A stretch of 64,000 nucleotides of DNA from an uncultured Desulfatitalea sp. (GCA_963668675.2 CAXXMB010000002.1:3136001-3200000); one strand, 5' to 3'; shown: positions 38,805-48,710, counted from the stretch's first letter. Made by a program: numbers and translations. The notes: generated from the letters alone by a model not told the origin.

Positions 38805-39671
38805 CTATTCGGATTGGTGCACCAGTCGCATACCTGGATGAGGAACATCGAAGTAAGGGATCGTGGCGCCGTCCAGGCTGCCGATAAACGCGGTCCTTCG
38901 GTCCGGTCCGCCGAAACAGATGTTGGTCGGCCGCTGGAAGACCCTTTTGTCCGGATCTTCGAGGACCATCTGGAGTTCACCCGACGGCGTAAGATAGCCT
39001 ACCGCATTCCAGTGGGGAAAGGTGATCCACAGGTTCCCGGCCTCATCGAAGGCGATGCCGTCCGGCAATCCCAACTCTGACAGCGGGCTGGGTCCGAAAG
39101 GTTCACCTGGTCCGAGGGTACCGTCGTCCTTGATCTCATAGCGAATAATGTCGAACCGCATGGTTTGCGCCACGTAGAGGTAGCGCTCCTCCATGTCCAG
39201 GGTGATGCCGTTGGCAAAATAGAGTCCGTCGGCCACAATCCGGGCCTCACCCTTATCGATGAGCACCACGCAACCATCCGGTTCGGGATGCCAGAGGGCC
39301 TCGTCGACATTCTCTTTCTCCGTCGAGTTGGAGATCCATAAGCGCTCCTGGCTATCCACATAGGGGAAATTAGGAGCGCGCATGTGTCGCCCTTCGGCAA
39401 CGGTCAACAGCACCTCGTGGCTGCCGTCCGGAGAGAGGGCCTGCACCTGACCGCTACCGATGTTGGCCACTATGCAGCGCCCTTTCGTGTCGATGCAGAT
39501 ACCGTTGGGCACCCCGCCCAGATCGCCGAAGAAGCTCACCTGGCCGTCTCCTGATATATGGGCGATTCGACCACGGGCATCGGCCGTGTAGAGCGAGCCG
39601 TCATCCAACGCCATGACCCCTTCAGGTCGTATAATACCTGAGCCGATTGTTTTGACCTCTGATAAATCCAT
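38805..39671 (-). CDS. SMP-30/gluconolactonase family protein
   Basis: PEG, PNG, FANG, PDGIAFDEAGNLW, PTNICFGG motifs. Confidence 0.9.
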   Translation of the reverse strand: MDLSEVKTIGSGIIRPEGVMALDDGSLYTADARGRIAHISGDGQVSFFGDLGGVPNGICIDTKGRCIVANIGSGQVQALSPDGSHEVLLTVAEGRHMRAPNFPYVDSQERLWISNSTEKENVDEALWHPEPDGCVVLIDKGEARIVADGLYFANGITLDMEERYLYVAQTMRFDIIRYEIKDDGTLGPGEPFGPSPLSELGLPDGIAFDEAGNLWITFPHWNAVGYLTPSGELQMVLEDPDKRVFQRPTNICFGGPDRRTAFIGSLDGATIPYFDVPHPGMRLVHQSE

Positions 39672-39693
39672 ACCCCTCTTCTCCTTGACTGTT

Positions 39694-40797
39694 TTATGCG
39701 CTGATTTTATCGAGCTCTTTCCCCGCATGCGGATTCACTTCGCATATGGGATCGCCGGGGCGCCATTTTTTGCTTCGCAGGGGCCTGAAGCAGCTATTGC
39801 AGGAGGTGCAGGCCACGATGCTTTTGTGCTCGCCGGCTTTGACTTTATTGGGCCAATCCGGATCGGAAATGAGCTGCCGGCCGATTCCGATCAGATCGGC
39901 CCGGTTTTCGGCCAAAATCATTTCGGCAACCTCCGCGGTGTTGATCCGTCCCACCGCCACCACCGGAACGGAAACCGATCGCTTGATGGATTGTGCCAAA
40001 GGCACGTAGGTCCCCATTTTTGCTCTCGGGCCGGGAGACGGTCTTATGCCAACCGGAGCGCCAACCGAGATGTCAAACGCATCCACGCCCGCTCTCTCAA
40101 GTTCCATGGCAAAGGTGCGACTTTGGCGCAGGGTGATGCCTTCGGGGCGCTTCTCTTTTGCGCCCAGCCGGTAGAGGATAGGGTAGTCACTGCCTGCGGC
40201 ATCGCGCATGGCACGAACGGTTTCGACACCAAAACGCATTCTTTTTTCAGCATCACCACCATAACGGTCCGTTCGCCGATTATCGGCCCCGGAAAAGAAC
40301 TGGCAGGCCAGGTAGCCATGGGCCCCGTGCACCTCCACGAAGTCAAAGCCTGAGCGCTTGGCCGCCTCGGCCGCCTGGCCGAATTTTGCCGTGATGGCCT
40401 CTATCTCCGCAATCTTCAACTCCCGCTGATCGCCCGTTGCCGAGGGGGCGACCTGCTCAGCACTGGGATTGAAGGCGCCGTTACCGGCGGGCAGCTGGTT
40501 ACCGTGCCACAGCTGAATGCCGATACGGGCGCCGGCCCCTTTGATTTCGTCAGTGAATTTTCTCATCTTATCGATGAAGCGCCGGACAGCCCCCTGACGA
40601 CCCCAGGCGGCATCATTGACAAAAAGATCAACGGATGTACCATTCATAACGATCGCCCCAACGCCTCCCTTGGCACGGGCCATATAATACGCTTGGGCGC
40701 GCGGGTTGGTCAGCCCTAGCCTGAGTTGCATGGGCAGCATGACGATTCGGTTTTTCAGCTGCAGACCATTGATAACAATGGGGTCGAACAGTTTCAT
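39694..40797 (-). CDS. NADH:flavin oxidoreductase (old yellow enzyme family)
   Basis: LKNRIVM, EVHGAHGYL..QF, RTDRYGG, IGRQLISDP, CTSCNSC. Confidence 0.92.
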   Translation of the reverse strand: MKLFDPIVINGLQLKNRIVMLPMQLRLGLTNPRAQAYYMARAKGGVGAIVMNGTSVDLFVNDAAWGRQGAVRRFIDKMRKFTDEIKGAGARIGIQLWHGNQLPAGNGAFNPSAEQVAPSATGDQRELKIAEIEAITAKFGQAAEAAKRSGFDFVEVHGAHGYLACQFFSGADNRRTDRYGGDAEKRMRFGVETVRAMRDAAGSDYPILYRLGAKEKRPEGITLRQSRTFAMELERAGVDAFDISVGAPVGIRPSPGPRAKMGTYVPLAQSIKRSVSVPVVAVGRINTAEVAEMILAENRADLIGIGRQLISDPDWPNKVKAGEHKSIVACTSCNSCFRPLRSKKWRPGDPICEVNPHAGKELDKISA

Positions 40798-41034
40798 CGC
40801 GGGCTCCTTTTGCAAAGAGGAAATGCGGATTGATTTGCCGATTGGATCTATCTCCAGCCGCATGATATACAAGGTGCTGATACTGCTGTGAGGGGCCCAT
40901 GCGGTGCAGTTGCTATGGAGCACAGTAGAGCGTTCGCTCAGTTAAGTCAAGTAATGCCCTGTTATAAAAGGATAAGGTCATCTGGACAGCATACCGAGCC
41001 AAGTCTGGGCGCGGTAGAGACCAAGGAGGGAAAG

Positions 41035-42024
41035 ATGAAAGCAGTCATATTGGACGGATTTGGTGGCCCCGAGGTGATGGGGATTGGTGACCTGCCCGTG
41101 CCCGAACCCGGCAGTGGCCAGGTGCGGGTGCGTGTGGTCGCCACTTCGGTCAATCGGGCCGATACGGTTCAGCGCAAGGGAAACTACCCCCCGCCGCCGG
41201 GCGAATCTGAGGTTCTGGGGCTGGAGGTGGCCGGTGTGGTCGATGAGGTTGGCGCCGGGGTGAAGGATTGGCGCCCGGGAGATCGCGTGATGGGTCTGGT
41301 GGCCGGTGGCGGGTACGCTGAGTATGCCATCGCCTATTCCGGGCATCTGATGGCGATACCCGAACAGATCACCTTTGAGAGTGCGGCCGCGATTTGCGAG
41401 GTTTATATCACCGCATTTCTAAATCTGTTTCTCATCGGACGTGTCGGGGAGGGCGATACGGTGCTGCTGCATGGTGGTGGCGGAGGCGTCAATACGGCTG
41501 CGATTCAGATTATCCGCAGCCTGGTTGCCGATTGCCGGATCGTTGTGACTGCTTCGACCGGCAAGGTCGATCGGGTGCGGCAACTGGGGGTCGACCTGGT
41601 GATCGACTATCGGCAGCAGGATTTTGCCGAAGAGGTGAAACGGTTCACCCGGAGTGCTGGTGCCGATGTTATTCTGGACCATATCGGCGCGTCCTATCTG
41701 GCAAAGAATCAGGCATCTTTGGCTGTGGGCGGTCGCCTGGTGGTGATCGGACGCATGGGGGGGGCGGTCGGAGAGCTCAACCTGGGAGTGATGATGGTCA
41801 AGCGGCAGCGGATCATCGGTTCGGTATTGCGGGCCCTGCCGGTGGCGGAAAAGTCTGCCATTATCGACGAATTTGTGCGACAGGTGTTGCCCCACATTGC
41901 GAGCCATCGTATCGCGCCGCTCATTCATCAGGTGCTACCCCTGGAGGAGGTCACCAGAGCTCACATGGAGATGGAGTCATCCGCCCATTTCGGTAAGATT
42001 GTGTTGAGGGTAGGAGATGGATAG
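41035..42024 (+). CDS. NAD(P)H:quinone oxidoreductase, PIG3/zeta-crystallin family
   Basis: VNRADTVQRKGNYPPP, LGLEVAG, GGGYAEY, HFGKIVL; RBS AAGGAGG. Confidence 0.93.
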   Translation: MKAVILDGFGGPEVMGIGDLPVPEPGSGQVRVRVVATSVNRADTVQRKGNYPPPPGESEVLGLEVAGVVDEVGAGVKDWRPGDRVMGLVAGGGYAEYAIAYSGHLMAIPEQITFESAAAICEVYITAFLNLFLIGRVGEGDTVLLHGGGGGVNTAAIQIIRSLVADCRIVVTASTGKVDRVRQLGVDLVIDYRQQDFAEEVKRFTRSAGADVILDHIGASYLAKNQASLAVGGRLVVIGRMGGAVGELNLGVMMVKRQRIIGSVLRALPVAEKSAIIDEFVRQVLPHIASHRIAPLIHQVLPLEEVTRAHMEMESSAHFGKIVLRVGDG

Positions 42025-42041
42025 GTGGCTCGCTATCGGCA

Positions 42042-42761
42042 TCAACGCCGTTGCAGAAACTGCCTTTGGAAATTGTAGATCGATTGGGTCAGCTTCCGCT
42101 TTTCCGTTTCTGCTATCTCCATGAATTCAAAAGCGTATTTGTAGCGTTTGTGATCTCTGTCGTAGTCGATGCGCCGCACTTCGGCCATCTTGATGATGAT
42201 GATCAGCTCATCCCAATCCTTGTCCTCTGCCACATAGATGCCAAGGTTCTGGACGCGGTCGTCGACTGACAGAATCATTCCGGCGCTGTTTTTGACGTTG
42301 TGCTTTGTCAAGGTGCCATATGCGCCGCCAAGGCTGATGTTGACCAAGCTGAAAACGGCCTGGATATGCCCTGACTTCATGAACATCTTGGTCCCCACCG
42401 GCGTCTCCATTCGAAAGTTTTTGCGACGCTGGATGCGGTCCACATACTCGGGAAAGGGTATGGTGATCTCACGCCCGCTGATCTGCCCCCCAGTGGTGGA
42501 GAAGATATACTCCAGGTGATCAGGCCCGTTAAAGTTGAATTTCAAATTCAGGGGGGCGTCTTTTTTTACAGATGATTTGAAATCGTTGGGAAGGTCGATT
42601 TGCAGGGTGGGGTTTTCCGGATGCTGCTGCAGTCCGGTGACGCAGGTGAGGCGTTCGAACTCCGTACCGACCATATGCATCGATATGATCACCCGCGCCT
42701 CGATCAGGTGTTGAAACAGCTCGATCAGTTTGTCGCCTTCTATTTTACCCGCATCGCTCAT
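42042..42761 (-). CDS. PilZ-domain (YcgR-like) c-di-GMP receptor
   Basis: RRKNFR (RxxxR) and NISLGG ((D/N)xSxxG) motifs. Confidence 0.85.
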   Translation of the reverse strand: MSDAGKIEGDKLIELFQHLIEARVIISMHMVGTEFERLTCVTGLQQHPENPTLQIDLPNDFKSSVKKDAPLNLKFNFNGPDHLEYIFSTTGGQISGREITIPFPEYVDRIQRRKNFRMETPVGTKMFMKSGHIQAVFSLVNISLGGAYGTLTKHNVKNSAGMILSVDDRVQNLGIYVAEDKDWDELIIIIKMAEVRRIDYDRDHKRYKYAFEFMEIAETEKRKLTQSIYNFQRQFLQRR

Positions 42762-42939
42762 ATCTCATCAGACCCGTTCATGCTAACAAGGGGATTTCAT
42801 ACTTTTATCGGACAGGTCTGGCCATTTCTTTAGGGCCATTTTTCTATCTTGGCGGCCGACACAGGCTGTCTGGGCATTTGCATCCGGTGCAGAGCGAAGC
42901 TCCGCCGCGACCGATGGGGTGCCCTTTTCAAGGAAGATG

Positions 42940-44799
42940 CTACATCACCCGACCGTGGTGATCGAAATCCAGCGCCAGCAATCCCTTCTCCTCCTCGCTT
43001 AGAAAGTCGACGGATATGATCTCCACTGGGTCGTCCTCCTCGTTGGTGGGGACGATCGTCAGGCTTGCCCAGGTGGCCGGATCCTGTCCGAAGGTGAAGA
43101 CGCACAACTGGTCGCATTGGGCCGATTCGTAGTTGGTGGACCTGATCCATTGCATGATGAACTTGGTGAAACCCTGGTGGTTCGTGTTGTACCATTCGAC
43201 GGCACTATTGACAGGCACCGGAAGACTGCACACCAGGTAAAAGGTCTTACGCTTGACCAGTGACACGCAGTACTGCTTCCCGTCAGCTTCCGTCTTTTTC
43301 AGGTTTTCGTGGGCTTTGGTGGCAATGGCCTCAAGAATTTCGTAGGGGAAGAAGTTGGCGGCAAACTGCTTGTACTTCGGCCCCATGGAGTACAACTGCA
43401 ACAGATGGCTTTGCATGCAACTGATCAGGCCCTGCTCGCTGTCCTGGCCGTTGAGGTCGATGACCACAGTGGACCCCGACTCCGGTCCTTCCAGCTCCGT
43501 TATCGAAACCATGACCGTCTCGCCGAAAGGCATCTGTTCGGGGATGGAAAATTTGAAATGGAAGGTGGAAAAGTCGATGGAATCACCGCTTTTTAATCTC
43601 AAAGGCGAGTTGGCCTGCAGCGCCTGGCCATTGAGTTTGGTACCGTTGGTGCTGCGCTGGTCTTCGATGTAATAGGCAACATTCTTATACTCGATGGTTG
43701 CATGGAAGCTCGAGATGGTGGGCTTGACGATGGTGATGTCGTTGCGCTGATCGCGACCGATGGTGGTGTGTCTTTTGGTGATCTCGATCCGATTTTCCTC
43801 CTGGCCGGTGACGCGATCCAGATCTTCGAGATACGCCTCCGGTTGCTTGCGCCGGCTGGCCTCCTCCTGATCCGATTTGCGTTTGCTCCGGTACTGTTTG
43901 ACATACAAAAAGGCGATCCCCAAAGCCACTGCGGTGGTCAGCAGCGCCAGTATCAGGTTGAAGATGTCGACGCCGGATGTGGTGTCCTCTCTCCTTTCCA
44001 TGTCGCTGCGTTCCGCTTCGGATATCGCCTGTTCTTGCGGCTCGGGCAGGGTGGATAGGGGTTGCGGCGCCTGGGGGGGCATCAGTTTCGGCTTCGGTTC
44101 CGGTTTCGGCGGTTGCAGGTAGGTCAAAATATCATCGAGAACGCCCAGGATCTCGGAGGCGTCATAGGTGCGGTAATATTCGCCTTCTGTTCGCGAGGCC
44201 AGGGCCTGGATAAGCACGAAATCAGCTGCGTCCGTGAAGGCGATGCCGAAGATGCGAACGTCCAGCTCTCTGCTTTCGGCCGCAAAATCCTGCCGCAGCC
44301 ACTGATTCAACTCCTGGTCTTTGCGCTGATCCCCGGTGTCTGTTATCCCATCGGTGATAAAAACAATTCCCTTCTGGGCCTCTTTGCGCCCCTTGTTCTT
44401 CAGTTCGTACAAGGCCCGCTCGAAGCCGACGGCACTGTTGGTGAATTGTCCTTTGTAGTCGATCCGGGAGAGGCTGGCGGCCCATCTCCTCTGTGCCTGC
44501 TCGGTGTCCATCGATGCCAACGGTTCAAGCAGTTTCGCCGATCGATCGAACAGTACCATGCCCATATGCGCGTTTGGGGGCAATTGACGTACAAACGCAT
44601 TCACCACCTTGGGAGTGATAAATTCAGGATCGTTTTTTCGCATGCTGCCCGAATTGTCGACGACGAACATCAGGTCGATGGCGGTATTTCCCCCTTCGAC
44701 CGCAGCCGTACCAAAACCCGGCCAGAGCATGGCGATGCCGATACACAGGCAACATAGGCACCTGGCGGTGCGCCGCAATGATTCTAATCCGACCTTCAT
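42940..44799 (-). CDS. Single-pass protein: signal peptide, vWA, Pro-rich linker, TM, FHA, unknown C-terminal domain
   Basis: MIDAS DNSGS and ITDG; TM IFNLILALL...; FHA IGR, ISSFHA, STNGT. Confidence 0.85.
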   Translation of the reverse strand: MKVGLESLRRTARCLCCLCIGIAMLWPGFGTAAVEGGNTAIDLMFVVDNSGSMRKNDPEFITPKVVNAFVRQLPPNAHMGMVLFDRSAKLLEPLASMDTEQAQRRWAASLSRIDYKGQFTNSAVGFERALYELKNKGRKEAQKGIVFITDGITDTGDQRKDQELNQWLRQDFAAESRELDVRIFGIAFTDAADFVLIQALASRTEGEYYRTYDASEILGVLDDILTYLQPPKPEPKPKLMPPQAPQPLSTLPEPQEQAISEAERSDMERREDTTSGVDIFNLILALLTTAVALGIAFLYVKQYRSKRKSDQEEASRRKQPEAYLEDLDRVTGQEENRIEITKRHTTIGRDQRNDITIVKPTISSFHATIEYKNVAYYIEDQRSTNGTKLNGQALQANSPLRLKSGDSIDFSTFHFKFSIPEQMPFGETVMVSITELEGPESGSTVVIDLNGQDSEQGLISCMQSHLLQLYSMGPKYKQFAANFFPYEILEAIATKAHENLKKTEADGKQYCVSLVKRKTFYLVCSLPVPVNSAVEWYNTNHQGFTKFIMQWIRSTNYESAQCDQLCVFTFGQDPATWASLTIVPTNEEDDPVEIISVDFLSEEEKGLLALDFDHHGRVM

Positions 44800-45283
44800 G
44801 TCACGTCCTTGTATCAACGAGGTGATGTTATGGGTGATAAGCCATAGCAGTTGAATGACAAACTAAACCAACGGATTATCTGGGTCAAGCCCTCTGAGCA
44901 GATGCGGGCGTCTGCTACGACCACTGGCCCCTGTTCCGGCGTCCTTTGCCCAAGCGCTGATCGTCCCCTGAACACGACAGGGATATGGGCGCCATAGGCC
45001 CTGGCGATCTATTGGGGAGATGGCAGGATGACAGGTGGGGATATGGCCTGCCGGAACGATGATCTGAAAAAGTTGAAAAAACTGCGTTGACCTGCCGGCC
45101 TGAGGTCGGTAATATGGCTTTTGTCTCTTCTTGTTGCCAGCCAGGCTACCCCAAGGAGAAATCGAAACAAGTCGTTTTTATAAAGAATTTGGCGTTTCGG
45201 GCACTGGACGGCTTGACGAAATGTTTTGCCGACAGCGGATAAAGCTGACACTTTTTCTATACGACCCTATGCCGGGGAGAGCT

Positions 45284-45559
45284 ATGAACAAACTTGAATT
45301 GATTACGGAGTTGGGAGAGCAGCAGAACCTGTCGAAAAATGAGGCGAAAAAGGTTGTCGATCTTTTTTTCAGTGAGGTTTGCGACGCCCTTGGAAAGGGG
45401 CAGCGGGTGGAGATCCGCGGGCTGTGCACGTTTAAGGTCAAAACGTACGAAGGTTACGACGGTAGAAATCCCAAAACCGGCGAACTGGTCAAGGTCAAGC
45501 CAAAAAAACTGCCGTTCTTCAAGGCGGGGTCGGATCTGAAAGTGCGCGTCGACCGCTAA
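45284..45559 (+). CDS. ihfB: Integration host factor beta-like / HU family DNA-binding protein
   Basis: MNKLELI, RVEIRG, GRNPKTGE, PFFKAG. Confidence 0.85.
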   Translation: MNKLELITELGEQQNLSKNEAKKVVDLFFSEVCDALGKGQRVEIRGLCTFKVKTYEGYDGRNPKTGELVKVKPKKLPFFKAGSDLKVRVDR

Positions 45560-45838
45560 TCCGCACCCTATCAGGATATGGTCATGGTGGATGCATCTTT
45601 TAGTTCGATGCATCCGCCACAAATGGCCGCTGAACCGGCCAACCCCGCCATGCCCGGCTCAACACGACTCGCGGGTCTCCAAGCATCTACCACCAGCACC
45701 AATGTGCGACCATTCTTGTCCGCGCGTCTTCCCTCCCGGATCGGCTCGAACCCGATCCTCCAAATTCCATCCTGTAGATTTCGTAGGCTCTTTTGAAGTC
45801 AGCCTATGTCGAAGGCGGCCGCCGTCCCGGTTTCCATG

Positions 45839-47338
45839 TCAGGAGATAAAACCAACCTCCGGCCGCCAGCGGCGTATTTTCAAGAGTTCGGGAAATGCCT
45901 CGGGTCTATAGAGAGATTTGCCCGAGAGCAGGCGCAGGCACTCCTGAATGACCTCAGACATGGTCGGATGGGGAAACATGGTGCCCAAAGCATCCATGGC
46001 ATTCTTGTCTTGGTCGATCAGCAAGGCGATCGACATGATCGTGCTCGATACCTGCGGCCCGGCCGCGCGCATGCCTAAAATCTTCTGCGTGTCGTCATCG
46101 CTGACAATGATCTTGGCGAAACCGCTTGTGGCACGCATGGCGATTGCTCTCGGCAATAGGGCGTTGGCATAGGTGGCCACCCGGTATGCAATCTTTTTCC
46201 TGCGGCACGCCTTCTCGTTCAATCCCACTGCAGCGACGGCCGGGTAAAAGAACATCACCGTGGACATGTTGGGGAAACTCAACGGCCGGGTGGGCAGATT
46301 GAACATATGTTTGACTGCATGCCGGCTCTCCATGGTCGCCATATTGACCAGGGCGGGTCGATGGGTGACATCGCCGGCCGCGTAGATGTTGTTGCCCAGA
46401 CAACAATCCGGATCGCAATCCAGGTAGCCGGCGGCATCGGGCTTCAGTCCCGCTTTTTCGAGATTGAGCCTATGGATATAGGGGTCTCGGCCGATGGAGA
46501 TGAGGGCGGCATCCACCTCCACCACGGTGGCATGACCGTCGTCGAAGTCGAGCACAACCTCCAGATGTTGCGGTTTGCGCACAATGTCACGCACCTTCGT
46601 AGAGTGAAAAATCTTGACGCCGTGGCGTTCGAGGTTGGTGCTGACAAAGTCGCTGACATCCTCGTCCTCATACGGAATGACCCGCTCCTGGTGGTCGACC
46701 AGAAAGACATTGGTCTGGCCGAAGTTGGAGAAGATGGTGGCATACTCACACCCGGTGACACCGGCGCCGATGATCATCAGGCGCCTCGGGAATCGCTCCA
46801 ATTGAAAAATACCGTCCGAGTCGAAGATGCGCTGCTGATCGACCTCGATGTGATCGAAATGCCTCGGCTTGGAGCCGGTGCACAGCAAAAAGTGATCGGC
46901 GGCAATCTCTTCGGTTCCGCCTTCGGCCAGATCCACGGCCACCCGATCCGGCCCTGAAAAACGTCCCCATCCACGCAGATATTTGATGCTTCCGGGACCC
47001 TTCCAGTGTCCCCGGGCGAACGTCTCGATCTGCGACAGAAGCTGGTACTGCTTCTCCTTGACCGCCTCGATAACCGTGTCGCGCACCGCCTGGTAATCCA
47101 CCCTGAGGTCGCTGCAGCGGTACCCCCGGTCTGTCTTGGCCGCCACAGCATAATCCTTGGCCAGCTCCCACATGGTTTTGGAGGCCAGGGCACCCCACTT
47201 GACGCCGGTGCCCCCGATCTCATCGCCCTCTATCAGGCAGACATGCCGACCGGCATCGATGGCGCGCATCGCCCCGGCGACCCCGCCGGGTCCGGCACCA
47301 ATTACGCAAAGATCAAACGTGTCGATTCTGTTATTCAT
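45839..47338 (-). CDS. Pyridine nucleotide-disulfide oxidoreductase fold flavoprotein, SthA-like, lacking redox cysteines
   Basis: GAGPGG, GAGVTGCEYA, YAAGD, HPTMSE; the redox motif reads GGTGVKWGALASK. Confidence 0.82.
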   Translation of the reverse strand: MNNRIDTFDLCVIGAGPGGVAGAMRAIDAGRHVCLIEGDEIGGTGVKWGALASKTMWELAKDYAVAAKTDRGYRCSDLRVDYQAVRDTVIEAVKEKQYQLLSQIETFARGHWKGPGSIKYLRGWGRFSGPDRVAVDLAEGGTEEIAADHFLLCTGSKPRHFDHIEVDQQRIFDSDGIFQLERFPRRLMIIGAGVTGCEYATIFSNFGQTNVFLVDHQERVIPYEDEDVSDFVSTNLERHGVKIFHSTKVRDIVRKPQHLEVVLDFDDGHATVVEVDAALISIGRDPYIHRLNLEKAGLKPDAAGYLDCDPDCCLGNNIYAAGDVTHRPALVNMATMESRHAVKHMFNLPTRPLSFPNMSTVMFFYPAVAAVGLNEKACRRKKIAYRVATYANALLPRAIAMRATSGFAKIIVSDDDTQKILGMRAAGPQVSSTIMSIALLIDQDKNAMDALGTMFPHPTMSEVIQECLRLLSGKSLYRPEAFPELLKIRRWRPEVGFIS

Positions 47339-47812
47339 TTAAGCTCTTTCCTCATTGAATATCGAATCTTAACAGGTAGATAATCGTTTATCAACTCTCA
47401 ATTTGGAACGGTTGCCGGGATTTGTCCCCGCTGTTGAAAAATGGGTGCTTGGGGTTGACTATGTTTCAAAATAAAACACGACTGTTTCGCTATACATAGT
47501 GTGTTTTATCAAAGGCTTGCTGATTAATTACTTGACAGCTGGATGTGGCAATAATATTAAGTTTAAATTAACAGCTCAGGCTTGTTTAAGACAGTAAAAT
47601 TCAGAAATCAATGTTGAACATGAGAGTATAATTGCTGTCACGAATCTATCTAAACTCTGTATAGATTACAACTATTGGGAAATGCGGGATCGAATATGCG
47701 ATTCTGAGAGTCAGGCTATGCAGCTGCGAGGATCTGTTGCAGGCCGAGCTGGCTGGTGTCTTTGTTGCGGGAACAGATAGCGTTATTCAGCAACCCGAAT
47801 ACAGGAGGAGAA

Positions 47813-47962
47813 ATGAGAACAATTGAGACAGAAAAAGCTGAAATTGGAATGACATCCGAAGCGGTTAAGAAACCTTATGAGCGCGCCAGGATCGACGAGC
47901 ATGAGCCACTGGAAGAAGCAACTGCTTATGTCTATTATTACTATACCTATATCTTCGATTAA
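47813..47962 (+). CDS. RiPP precursor peptide (49 aa): lasso-type leader and Tyr-rich core
   Basis: Strong RBS AGGAGGAG; MRTIETEKAEIGMTSEAVKKPYERARIDEHEPLEEATAYVYYYYTYIFD; KKxYxxxxI...T(-2) leader pattern; upstream of a B2 peptidase and an RRE. Confidence 0.85.
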   Translation: MRTIETEKAEIGMTSEAVKKPYERARIDEHEPLEEATAYVYYYYTYIFD

Positions 47963-47980
47963 AGAATGATTATTGGGCAG

Positions 47981-48022
47981 TATGAAGCGCCTGGGTTCTA
48001 ATTGGAGCCCAGGCGCTTCATA
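47981..48022 (+). terminator. Strong stem-loop immediately after the precursor gene
   Basis: 15-bp perfect stem TATGAAGCGCCTGGG / CCCAGGCGCTTCATA. Confidence 0.7.
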
Positions 48023-48066
48023 TATTTGTAAGACAATTTTGATGGCCCCTAAAAAGCCACTCATAC

Positions 48067-48136
48067 GTCATGCCGGACGTGATCCGGCATCCAGAAGCCA
48101 TTGAAAAGACTGGATTCCAGCTTTCGCCGGAATGAT
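48067..48136 (-). repeat. Short palindromic intergenic repeat, copy 3 (inverted orientation)
   Basis: Reverse complement reads TCATTCCGGCGAAAGCTGGAATCC...GGATGCCGGATCACGTCCGGCATGAC; flanked by an imperfect IR (about 48039-48058 / 48153-48173). Confidence 0.7.
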
Positions 48137-48281
48137 GGAAAAGTACTTATGGGGCTTTTTTCGAGCGCATCAGTTTTAGCTGTTGCACATAAGCTGGTCA
48201 TCGCCGATGAAGGGTTCTTGTTTTGGTTTTTTCCCAATTTGGTAGGCTTCAAAACAGCGGGAACCGGTAAACAGGTGAACA

Positions 48282-48698
48282 ATGATCTTGCGATTGTTTC
48301 ATACCGGTTTTTCGGCAATCGGCGTTCTGCTCTGGGGCAACGCGCTGGCAGTTGTAGCGCGGTGGCAAGGTGTTACACCGACAGTCCGTTTGATAAAGAA
48401 AATAGCCCCATGGGTTCCTATTTCCAACGGTGGACTGGGTGAGTACTCGGATCGTATCGACGCTTTGCTGAAAAATGTCCCCTTCCTTTTCTACGCCCAC
48501 CGTCAGGTGTGCCTGATCAGGGGGTTGCTGCTTTTTTTCTTCGGGAAAAGGCGGAAACTGGATATCCGGCTTCATTTTGGGAGCAAGATCGTCAATGGGG
48601 AATTTAACACCCACTGTTGGATCATCCTGGACGGAGAGATCCGTTTCGAAGTCGACAGCGTAATCCAACAATATACAACTCTGGTTGAATACACGTGA
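48282..48698 (+). CDS. Lasso-peptide B2-type leader peptidase (transglutaminase-like)
   Basis: CLIRGL (catalytic Cys), G...F.THCWI.LDG (catalytic His); 138 aa. Confidence 0.82.
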   Translation: MILRLFHTGFSAIGVLLWGNALAVVARWQGVTPTVRLIKKIAPWVPISNGGLGEYSDRIDALLKNVPFLFYAHRQVCLIRGLLLFFFGKRRKLDIRLHFGSKIVNGEFNTHCWIILDGEIRFEVDSVIQQYTTLVEYT

Positions 48699-48710
48699 TA
48701 GGAAATAATA

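Noticed and set aside
47756..47812. Longer 68-aa precursor start from the ORF track
   Set aside because: The GTG lacks an RBS, whereas AGGAGGAG sits directly before ATG 47813.
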